Positions 47,659 to 56,600 of a DNA stretch of 64,000 bases are shown here, piece after piece. The stretch lies in IMG/VR virus record IMGVR_UViG_3300047355_000120; one strand, given 5' to 3'. This DNA is from an uncultured virus (IMG/VR IMGVR_UViG_3300047355_000120) (Duplodnaviria > Heunggongvirae > Uroviricota > Caudoviricetes). Both the position numbers and the translations under genes were made by a program. The first letter of the stretch is position 1; every line of letters begins with the position of its first letter. The notes beneath the pieces are model-generated. The model made no database searches. It was not told the DNA's origin and saw nothing but the letters and a program-made list of their open reading frames with translations.

Positions 47659-47870
47659 TATGAGTGTGAGTGTTTAGACATAAAGCTTTTATCAGCTTTT
47701 ATATCGCCAGCTAATTTAGAGATGTGTTTTTCATCAGCTGTTTGGTTAATGTTTTTGTATTTGCCTCCTTTTTTTTGATCATCTAAAACATCTCTTTTTA
47801 AATAATCTATGTGAGCTTTATCATCTTTGATAGCAGACTTCACGTTGCCTTTATTAATTTTAGTTTGCAT
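47658..47870 (-). CDS. small basic hypothetical protein
   Basis: ORF track; DD.AHIDYLKRD, ADEKHISKLAGD. Confidence 0.65.
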   Translation of the reverse strand: MQTKINKGNVKSAIKDDKAHIDYLKRDVLDDQKKGGKYKNINQTADEKHISKLAGDIKADKSFMSKHSHS

Positions 47871-47888
47871 AATTATTTTTTTTTAATA

Positions 47889-48422
47889 TTAACTTAATGC
47901 TACTATATCACTTACACCACCTTGTGTGTCTGTAGAATAAACTTGAACTACACTAACTGGTAATATAGATCCAGCTACAGGGTTTTTAAATGTAATAACT
48001 TCGTCGTTTATAGTATGTACTTTAATTGATGGTAAAACAGCAAAAGAAAAAGTTAAAACAGTATCAGCTGCTATTTGTGTTCCAATGTTTGCGGACAAAG
48101 TAAATTGTTTAGAGCTTTGAACACTAAGAACCGTTGCGCCAGTTGGTACATTAGTTCCGTGAACTGTCATTCCCACTTGTATTCTAGGGTTATCTACCTT
48201 AATAGTAACAATAGCTTGACCTGTATTAGACTGGTTAGCTGTTGCGCTAGTGTTTCCACCAAAATTATCTTGTTGTATAGGTGAATTACCAATGTATACA
48301 TTATATTCTTTCCAATAAGAGATTGGTGTTGTTGCTCTAGCTCTACCATCAATCAACAGCGTATCACTTGGAGTAACTGCTATTCCTGATTTAAAAGCGT
48401 CTGTGTAATAATTTCTAATCAT
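47889..48422 (-). CDS. head spike-base-like protein with inserted beta module
   Basis: AVTPSD...FKN..AGSILPV.V.QV; central insert IQVGMTVHGTNVPTGATV. Confidence 0.55.
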   Translation of the reverse strand: MIRNYYTDAFKSGIAVTPSDTLLIDGRARATTPISYWKEYNVYIGNSPIQQDNFGGNTSATANQSNTGQAIVTIKVDNPRIQVGMTVHGTNVPTGATVLSVQSSKQFTLSANIGTQIAADTVLTFSFAVLPSIKVHTINDEVITFKNPVAGSILPVSVVQVYSTDTQGGVSDIVALS

Positions 48423-48428
48423 TTTTTT

Positions 48429-48689
48429 TTATTTTTTTTTGTTTTTATTACAAAAAGATCTTGCAGCTTCTTTACTACCAAATCCCCATTTTTTAAGAGC
48501 CATCTTTAATTTAGTTGGTTCTCCTTTTGAATTTTTTAATGAACCTGCCATACCACCAAACCTACACGCAAAAGAAACTCTTCTACTCCCTTTACCAGAC
48601 GTTTGTCTACTACCTAGTTTTTTACCAGTTTCTTTAGTGTAGTCTTTTCGCATTTTACGATTTTGTTTTTCGTATGATTTTTCAGTCAT
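48429..48689 (-). CDS. small basic conserved phage protein
   Basis: RRVSFACRFGGM.G....KGEPT...ALKKWG. Confidence 0.7.
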   Translation of the reverse strand: MTEKSYEKQNRKMRKDYTKETGKKLGSRQTSGKGSRRVSFACRFGGMAGSLKNSKGEPTKLKMALKKWGFGSKEAARSFCNKNKKK

Positions 48690-49153
48690 TATATTATTTT
48701 GTATTTTGTTTTACCATTTTCTTTATATGCTTGTAAACATCTTCTTCTGTTAACATCTTCTGATACATAACTTACATGAACCCAGGCAGGGTTAGTTTCG
48801 TCACCAAATTCCCAAATCATCTGATCGTAATCTAAATTGTTTTTTATATACTCATACATTTCTGCATTAGTTTTATAACCATAGTTGTCATCTAGGTCAA
48901 GTGCACATCCTATACAATGTTGAGAGGTTGTACTTCCGCCAATAGCAGAATTCAATTTGGGTGAGCGATAGAAACTATTAATAGCAATTGGACCACCCAC
49001 CCATTTACGTAGAGGTTCAAATACTTTTTCAGCAATAGTTTTCATGTTAATTAAATCTATTTCTCTAGGTGTATTATCAATACTTAACCTAGTAGCTGTG
49101 TGAGATTTAATACCTTCTTTAAATGATATGTGTTCACTTATTCTATCACTCAT
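48689..49153 (-). CDS. endolysin, peptidase M15 family
   Basis: SFYRS..LN.AIGG...SQH..G.ALD, WVHVSY. Confidence 0.88.
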   Translation of the reverse strand: MSDRISEHISFKEGIKSHTATRLSIDNTPREIDLINMKTIAEKVFEPLRKWVGGPIAINSFYRSPKLNSAIGGSTTSQHCIGCALDLDDNYGYKTNAEMYEYIKNNLDYDQMIWEFGDETNPAWVHVSYVSEDVNRRRCLQAYKENGKTKYKII

Positions 49154-49165
49154 TTTAGTGAGTTT

Positions 49166-49321
49166 TTACTTTTGAGCAAGACTAGTTATTGGGCCAGCAG
49201 TGTACGGACAATCAGCTTTAGAAACTTGCATGCTATTTCTAGCATTTCCTTTTACTAAATCTGTTGCCTTGTACGGTCCACCCCATACAGCTTGTATACC
49301 TAATTGTTTTTTATCTGCCAT
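49166..49321 (-). CDS. small hypothetical protein (51 aa), not in ORF track
   Basis: Hand translation MADKKQLGIQAVWGGP...GPITSLAQK. Confidence 0.6.
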   Translation of the reverse strand: MADKKQLGIQAVWGGPYKATDLVKGNARNSMQVSKADCPYTAGPITSLAQK

Positions 49322-49331
49322 AATATATATA

Positions 49332-49577
49332 TTAACTTATTTTACTTTCAATCTCTTCTGGATCTAAAGGAATATCTAAAATAGGAGCTGGCGTTGTTGG
49401 AACACTGTTAACATCAACAATAGAACCTTTCATTATTTCTGTTTGTGTACCTAAATTAACTTCAGGTTTTTGAAAGTTTTTTGTAAAGCTATCAGCATAA
49501 GGTTGAGTATCACCAGCCATTTGTTTAAAGTTTGGATACTCTTTTTGCCCCATGAAATTAATTTTATCTTCTACCAT
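49332..49577 (-). CDS. hypothetical protein
   Basis: ORF track. Confidence 0.55.
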   Translation of the reverse strand: MVEDKINFMGQKEYPNFKQMAGDTQPYADSFTKNFQKPEVNLGTQTEIMKGSIVDVNSVPTTPAPILDIPLDPEEIESKIS

Positions 49578-49579
49578 AA

Positions 49580-50023
49580 TTATCTATTTTTATCTTTATT
49601 TACATTTTCTATAGATGTTATCATTACTTTATCTATATAAGTATTACCTTTCATTATTTTATTTCTAGCAACAGAAGTTGGTATATCTTCTGTGCCTAGC
49701 ATAATACGGTACATACGACTTATTAGTTGTTTACACTTGAAGGAAACTTTATAGATATTATACTTTTGCGTTGTGCGGTTGTGTTTTCTCCAAACCGTTA
49801 TCCAACCTTCTTTAAGTAATCTGTTCCAGCGTCTGTTGTCCCAACTATAAGAATACGTACCGATTTTAAAATCTTCTCTAGTGAAAAAATTCATGCAATC
49901 GAAATATATAAGTAATTCTAAATCTGCATCATTAAGATTATTATTTTTGCAAGCCCATTTTCTAATTATACGATAATGTTTTAAAAGATTTAAATCTTTT
50001 ATATCTTTAGCTTCTAATCTCAT
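49580..50023 (-). CDS. putative winged-helix protein
   Basis: LNDADLELLIY, RLLKEGWI.VW; coupled to groES. Confidence 0.55.
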   Translation of the reverse strand: MRLEAKDIKDLNLLKHYRIIRKWACKNNNLNDADLELLIYFDCMNFFTREDFKIGTYSYSWDNRRWNRLLKEGWITVWRKHNRTTQKYNIYKVSFKCKQLISRMYRIMLGTEDIPTSVARNKIMKGNTYIDKVMITSIENVNKDKNR

Positions 50024-50280
50024 AATACAACCACAACATGATCTACTTTTACCACGCTGTAAATGTCTTTTTTTATTTCTATTTGATGTGAATTATTTTT
50101 ATCAAAATATATAATATTACCTTTTTTTATACCTAAAACTTCATTACCTGCAGATATTACAGTTGCTTCTTCATACCTTATATCTTCTCTTTGTTTTTCT
50201 GCTAACAATAACCCGCCTTTAGTTTCAGACACACCTTGTTTTACAGCTTGTATAATTAAATTTCTACCTATTGCCTTCAT
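50020..50280 (-). CDS. groES: co-chaperonin GroES
   Basis: Mobile loop ETKGGLLL, VISAG.EV..IKKG. Confidence 0.85.
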   Translation of the reverse strand: MKAIGRNLIIQAVKQGVSETKGGLLLAEKQREDIRYEEATVISAGNEVLGIKKGNIIYFDKNNSHQIEIKKDIYSVVKVDHVVVVL

Positions 50281-51811
50281 TAATTCTTAAGTTATTAATT
50301 ATACAATCAGTTGATAATATTGTTGTAGCTACTGAAGCTGCATTTTGTAATGCACTTTTAGTCACGAGTAAGGGATCAATAATTCCTGACTCAATCATAT
50401 TTACCATATCTCCTGTAACAACGTTTAAACCATATCCAAACTCTTTTATTTCCGAATAATCTTCAATACCAGCATTGTTTAATATAGTTAAAAAAGGTGC
50501 TTTAATTGCATCATACAAAATTCTTTGTGTTGGTTGTACAGCAATAAACTTTGATGCATTTAATAAAGCAATACCACCTCCTGGTACTATACCTTGTTTT
50601 ATAGCAGCTTTAGTAGCACAAATAGCATCTTCGACTCTAGCTTGTTTTTCTTGTAATTCTACTTCTGAGTTAGCTCCTACTTTTACAACAGCTACTTTAC
50701 CAGAAAGTCTTGCTAATCTTTTTTCTAATCTTACAACTATTAAAGGATCTTTAGTTTTAGCTAAATCTTTTTCTAGTTTGATTATAATATCTTTTACTTT
50801 TTGATTATTAGGTTTTGCTTGTAAAATTGTTTCAGTTTGACTTGTTATACTCTTTAAACATTCACCTAAATGTTCAGGACCTATTAAATCTATATCATCA
50901 CCTAAGTCTTCGTTTATAATAGTAGCTCCTGTAACTAAAGATAAATCTTTTAACACTTCTTTTTTACTTATACCGTAAATAGGTGCATCAATTACATTTA
51001 CCTTAATATTACCTTTTATTTTATTCATTGCTAACGCAGACATAACTTGTGTATCTATATCAGCTATTATTAGCAGCGATCTATTTTGTTTTATAGCGTA
51101 TTCTAATACGTTTTGTATTTTTCTAACAACATCAACCTGTGATTCAACTAATAAAACTAAAGGATTATCTAATTCAGCTGTAGTTGTTTCTTCGTTTGTT
51201 ACAAAATGAACATTTTTTAAACCTCTATTGTATTGAATACCATCAATAAGTTCATAATTTGTTTCAGGTAATTCAGTAGGTTCTAACATTACTACTCCGT
51301 TTTTACCAGCTGCTCTAAAAGCATCTGCAATAATTTTACCTAAAATAGGATCATTGTTTGTTGATATAGTTGCAACTTGATCTATCATGTCGCCTTCAAC
51401 AGGAACAGCTATATCTTCTAAATATTGTATAGCTTGTTTTGTTGCTGTTTCTATACCTTGTTTTATATCTCTTGTTGAAGCTTTTGATTTGTAAGCTTCT
51501 TCTAAAATAGCATGAGCTAATACCGTAGCGGTAGTAGTACCATCTCCAGCTTCTCTCACTGTTTTTCTAGCCGCTTCTTTTAAAAGAGTTGCACCCATAT
51601 TTTCTACTGGATCCAACAGTGTAATAGCCTCTGCTACAGTTACACCATCTTTTGTAATAAGTGGTTTACCAGTATTGTCTTCTAACATAACACACTTACC
51701 ACTAGCCCCAAGAGTGGAGCTAACGGCTTGTGTAAGTTTTTTAATACCAGCAAACACATTGTTTTTAGCATCTGAACCAAAGCTCAGATTTTTTACAATT
51801 GCATTTGACAT
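50264..51811 (-). CDS. groEL: chaperonin GroEL (no GGM tail)
   Basis: ITKDGVTVA, AGDGTTTATVLA, RVEDA..ATKAA...GIVPGGG, GIIDP..VT. Confidence 0.97.
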   Translation of the reverse strand: MSNAIVKNLSFGSDAKNNVFAGIKKLTQAVSSTLGASGKCVMLEDNTGKPLITKDGVTVAEAITLLDPVENMGATLLKEAARKTVREAGDGTTTATVLAHAILEEAYKSKASTRDIKQGIETATKQAIQYLEDIAVPVEGDMIDQVATISTNNDPILGKIIADAFRAAGKNGVVMLEPTELPETNYELIDGIQYNRGLKNVHFVTNEETTTAELDNPLVLLVESQVDVVRKIQNVLEYAIKQNRSLLIIADIDTQVMSALAMNKIKGNIKVNVIDAPIYGISKKEVLKDLSLVTGATIINEDLGDDIDLIGPEHLGECLKSITSQTETILQAKPNNQKVKDIIIKLEKDLAKTKDPLIVVRLEKRLARLSGKVAVVKVGANSEVELQEKQARVEDAICATKAAIKQGIVPGGGIALLNASKFIAVQPTQRILYDAIKAPFLTILNNAGIEDYSEIKEFGYGLNVVTGDMVNMIESGIIDPLLVTKSALQNAASVATTILSTDCIINNLRINEGNR

Positions 51812-51843
51812 AATTTAATTTAATTTGATTTGATTTATTGATA

Positions 51844-52143
51844 TTATTTAAACGTCTTAACTACTTTAGGTCCTTTTAAGAAATCTACTTTTTTCTTGTA
51901 GTGATCAACACTACCATCAATAGCGATTTCAGCGGCTTCCATAGTTTCACGTCTTGTTACATCGTACCATTTGTCTTTTTCTACAAGGTCACGGTGTTCG
52001 GTTTGAAAATAACCATTAGGTAACTGAACTATTCTCCAATGTTTCTTTTTGGATAAATGTTTCCATACGTTAATAGTTTCTTCGGTAATCTGCGGTGTTT
52101 GTGGTTGTCCCATACTTGTGGACAACGAGTAAAAATAAGTCAT
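51844..52143 (-). CDS. conserved hypothetical protein
   Basis: WRIVQLPNGYFQTE, DVTRRET. Confidence 0.7.
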   Translation of the reverse strand: MTYFYSLSTSMGQPQTPQITEETINVWKHLSKKKHWRIVQLPNGYFQTEHRDLVEKDKWYDVTRRETMEAAEIAIDGSVDHYKKKVDFLKGPKVVKTFK

Positions 52144-52210
52144 CGTTTTTTGGTTTTAAGGGTTAAACATTATTTTTGGTTAATATTGCGTCGCTAGCAA
52201 TATAGGTTTA

Positions 52211-52235
52211 ATTATAGTATCACTTGTTTTTTTAC
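52211..52235 (-). promoter_or_regulatory. putative promoter of the chaperonin operon (GTAAAAAAACAAGTGATACTATAAT)
   Basis: Intergenic shared motif; followed by hairpin ATATTGC/GCAATAT at 52183-52203. Confidence 0.45.
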
Positions 52236-52244
52236 AAACTTACA

Positions 52245-52616
52245 CTATTCTTCCACTGGTGGCACTGGTGGTGCTGGTGGCATATCCCATGTAAAATATA
52301 AATCTTCATTTACAGGTGTAATTTGAAGGTTAATGTTATCTTCAATAGATTTAGCCATTGAAGCTACATCTAAAACATCTTCAAGCCATCCGATCACTAC
52401 GTTTTCAAAAGCTTCAGTATCTGCATATGGTACAAAAGGTTCTCCAGCTACATAAGTAAAGCTTTGAGCACCTATTTGACTTGCTTGATATTGTTGTCCT
52501 CCAGACTTTTCAACTCCTTGATAAGTCCAATGTACTGTGTATATCACATTATCCTGGCCTTCAGCTTGAATATGTGCATTCATTTGGTTAATATTCCATT
52601 TGTAAGTAATTGCCAT
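52245..52616 (-). CDS. tail fibre-associated protein
   Basis: ITYKW.I..M......NVI.TVHW, FVPY.D....VIGWL; downstream of the fibre genes. Confidence 0.6.
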   Translation of the reverse strand: MAITYKWNINQMNAHIQAEGQDNVIYTVHWTYQGVEKSGGQQYQASQIGAQSFTYVAGEPFVPYADTEAFENVVIGWLEDVLDVASMAKSIEDNINLQITPVNEDLYFTWDMPPAPPVPPVEE

Positions 52617-52638
52617 TTTTATTGTTTTAATTTATTAT

Positions 52639-53187
52639 TTATGCCGTAATTTGTGTTACGGTCCATGTAACTAATTTTCCATTTTCTGGTGGATTCCATT
52701 GTGGTATATTTGATGGTGAACCGGGATTAGACCAAAACCATACCCAATCATTTGCATTGTAAGCACCACTAAGTCTAGTTGCAACAGCAGAGCTTCTATC
52801 AAATTCTTGTGTATAAGTAACGCCACTAGTGGTCCATTGATATATTAATGTTTTCCAAGAATTAGGTGGATTAGTATTGCTATTATCACCATTATTTAAT
52901 CTAAATACTATATTATTTCCTCCTGGTGGTACCCCTGAAGAAGAGTCTAAATAAAGACCCGTTACAACGGCATTACCTGATGTTTGAGCACCACCAATTA
53001 ATGATTTAGCTATTGATGTGTTAGTGGAGCTTCCCACACTACCTTGTTGAGCTACTGCAAAACCTCTCCAATAAATCAATCCTCCTATTGAAAAAGAAGT
53101 AGCTGTAGTCATTACTCCACTATGATCTGGACAAGGTCTATTATATGCTGCCCAATCACTAAATTTATATGGATATGGATAAGGCAT
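52639..53187 (-). CDS. putative tail tip/adhesin-associated protein
   Basis: PYKFSDWAAY N-terminus; Gly/Ser/Asn-rich beta content. Confidence 0.55.
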   Translation of the reverse strand: MPYPYPYKFSDWAAYNRPCPDHSGVMTTATSFSIGGLIYWRGFAVAQQGSVGSSTNTSIAKSLIGGAQTSGNAVVTGLYLDSSSGVPPGGNNIVFRLNNGDNSNTNPPNSWKTLIYQWTTSGVTYTQEFDRSSAVATRLSGAYNANDWVWFWSNPGSPSNIPQWNPPENGKLVTWTVTQITA

Positions 53188-53188
53188 T

Positions 53189-53671
53189 TTAACAGGTTGG
53201 ATTAGTATATGTTATTCTTCCGCTTGCATCAACTACAAAATCATTAGCGCATGTTGTGTAATCATAATTGTATGTTCCTCTTTGATTACTCAATGGTGTA
53301 GGGTTATTTAAATTAGAAATACTTTCAAAACCTTGAGCACCAAGTGAATTAACCCATGTTTCACCATTTGTCCACTCTGCTGTTATAAAATAAACAGTTA
53401 TAGGCACATTAGGAGGGGTTTGAGTCCCATCGTAGTATGTTGCTGTAATAGATGTAAAATCTGAACTAAAAGCTGGACCATATGGAGGGTTTGAAGAGCA
53501 AGGAGAATTGTTCCAAGCTGGATAACTTACTCCTGAACCAGCCGCTTGGCCAGAATTCATTAAATCATACATATGTATAGGACCGGTAATTGAACCACTA
53601 GAGCTATAATTATTATAATATAATTCTTTAGCTATTCCTAACATTGATATATTTGTATTTGGTACTGCCAT
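53189..53671 (-). CDS. putative tail tip-associated protein
   Basis: MAVP...ISMLGIA.E N-terminus, typical of genes after S74 fibres. Confidence 0.55.
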   Translation of the reverse strand: MAVPNTNISMLGIAKELYYNNYSSSGSITGPIHMYDLMNSGQAAGSGVSYPAWNNSPCSSNPPYGPAFSSDFTSITATYYDGTQTPPNVPITVYFITAEWTNGETWVNSLGAQGFESISNLNNPTPLSNQRGTYNYDYTTCANDFVVDASGRITYTNPTC

Positions 53672-56600
53672 TATTTAATTTTTTTCTTTAGTTCTTCTAT
53701 TTCAGCTTTTAATTCTTTAATAGCTTCGACTAGTATTGGTGTTATACCTTGATGTCTCATTGATAGCATACCGTTGTCATTTTCTCTAACAAGTTCAGGT
53801 AAAACTTCTTGAACGTCTTGAGCTATAAATCCTATATCTTCTTTTATATCAAGTATACCTTCTGATTTTTCTTTCCAATCAAACGTTACACCTTTTAGTT
53901 TCATTGTTTTTTCTAAAGCATTTTCTACAGGTTTTATATTTTTCTTTAATTTTTTATCTGATGGAGAACCGTATGCAACAATATCACCAAGTATAGTCAA
54001 AGTACCACTTGAGTTTAATTTACCTGTTTGAGCCGGTGTTGATCCTGTTCTAAAACAAACTGCATAACCAGATATTGTAGGCCCTTCATTTGCTTGATCA
54101 TAAAAAGTTGCTGTACTAGTTGTAGGATTTGAGTGATTAGCTCTAAACCTATATGAATCAGTAACAGCGTCTCCAGTTATTGTAAGATCTCCAGTATAAG
54201 AACCAGACATTGTAATATCGTTTGCATTAGCCGTTATACCGTTACTACCAATAACATTTAATGTAACACCACCACTTGTTCCACCACCAGTCATACCTGT
54301 ACCAGCGGTCACGCTAGTTATATCACCTGTTGTTGGTGGAGCTGTCCATACCAAATTTATAGAACCTGAAGCTTTTGATAGATAATAACCTGTTCCAGGT
54401 GCTGCGGTTGTTGGCATTCTCCAATACGTATTAGCTATAGTTGAAGTTGCAGCGGGACCAACTAACTCTAAATTTCCATTACCATATAGCTTAACTAATG
54501 TGTCAGTTACCCTAGCATTTCCACTATTTGAATTTAAATATTCGTTTATAATTGCAAGATAACGAAGTTTATTATCATCTGGTGTAACAATACCTGGATT
54601 AAAGAAAATTTCATTTTCTCTGCTTCCACCAGAATTATTATAAGCAAAAGCCATACCTTGATTGTTTATAGGTGCCGCGTTTGCTGCGTTACCAGCCACA
54701 TACAAATAACCATCAGATCCAGAACCATTCATAATTATTCTTTGATTTGTGGTATCTCCTCTTTGTGTGACTGATTGTAAATCGTCAGCTTCTGAAGTTA
54801 AATACCCACTGTCATTAGTCCACATGGATATATTACCTGATTTGTTGGTTAAAGTACTTGTACTTACGTTAGAAACTAAAGTTGAACTTGAACCAGCTGG
54901 TAATAACATTGTGTTAGTTACACCAGCACTATGAGGCTGAGCAGATAATGTTTGACCATGACTATTATCATAACAATTAAGCTTTATTTTTGCATCTACT
55001 GAAGATCCATCACCTTTTATTGTTAGTATAGCTCCAGAAGGTACTATTTCATCAATAACAGGAGAGGTTAATGTTTTATTAGTTAATGTTTGAGTACCTG
55101 TTTTTGTAACTACGGTGCTGTCTATAGAAAATTCTTCATTTGATAAACTTAAACCTGTTCCAGCCGTATATTGTGTGTCATCATTAGGTGGTGTAGCCCA
55201 AGCGTTATCACCTCTTAAAAAAGTTGAACTACTAGCTGTTCCTGACGCGGATAAATCTAAAGTTGTTAGAGCCGAAGCAGCATCAGGTGTTGTTTTTATA
55301 AAAGTTCCAGCTGTTAACTGTATTGTTGATGCAGTACCTGTGTTTGGTGTTATAGTTACATTAGTGTTATTACTACCAGGAGCTGACAAACTAATAGTAT
55401 AAGTTATAGGTGGTGTATCGCTATCAGCTCTCCAAGCTGGTACGCCACTTGCGTTTGTTTTCCAAACTAAATTAGCATCTGTAGCTGCTGGAGCGGCAAC
55501 ATAACCAGCAACAGTTACTGCATTTGGAATCCATGGTGGTACACTAAAACTACCATCACCATTTAAATAATATGTTCCTCCTTGTGTTCCAGCAGCAGGC
55601 GCAGGCACAAGACCAGCTGTTCCCGCCACATTAGCTGTAGAAGAAACAAAATCATCATATGTTGTTCCAGTAGGCACAACCCATGTTGCATCAGCTCTTA
55701 AAAATTTATCAGCATGAGGGTTTGGTAAAATAGGTACTAAACCAGCTGTACTTGTTGTAACAACACTATAAGTAGTATTAGGTGATGTTAAAGTCATTAA
55801 ATATGGATCTGTCGTAGTACCTGCTCCTGTTAAAGCAGTTCCTAAAGTTCCTGTTGCAGTTTCGAATTTTAAAAATTCATTATTAAGTAGTGTTTTATTT
55901 ACAGGCGTACCTTGTGTATCTCTTACTTTCCATTGATAACTTCCAGCTGCACTGTTAATAGTAAAAGCAGTTGCTGAAGTTCTAGTTACTGTAGTCGCAC
56001 CTGATCCGGTAATAGTTATATCATCAGGACCACCACTACCAGCTAATCTAAGTATAGGGTTACTATTTGATCCACTATTTTGCTCTACAGATAAATCATA
56101 TGTATTTTGAGTATTTGTATCAGGAGAGGTAAGCGTCATTATATAAGGATCGCTTGTACTACCAGAACCTGTAAGCGCTGTACCTAATGATCCTGTAGCT
56201 GTAACAAATTTTAAATATTTTTCGTTATCAACTGTTTTATCTAAATCTGCAAAATCTCTAACATACCATTCAGTATTTTCTTGAGTATCAGTCCAAGGTA
56301 CATTAGCAAACATTTTTTCCGAATTCAACTGTATTGCATAATTTCTATTTGCAGCGTCTGTAGTATATCCTATTTGTACTCCACCTCTAGTACCATCTGC
56401 GGCAAGTGGAAGAGTGTATGTTCCTGGTGGAACATCCCAAGTATTATCTCCTCTTAAAAATGTAGTTCCATCTTTGGTTCCAGTTGCTGATAAATCTATT
56501 GTACCAACAGTTACAGCACCAGTTGCGGCTGAATTTTCTATTCCAGCAGATATAAATGTACCATTAGCATTTGTAAATGTAGTTACACCTGCACCTGTAT

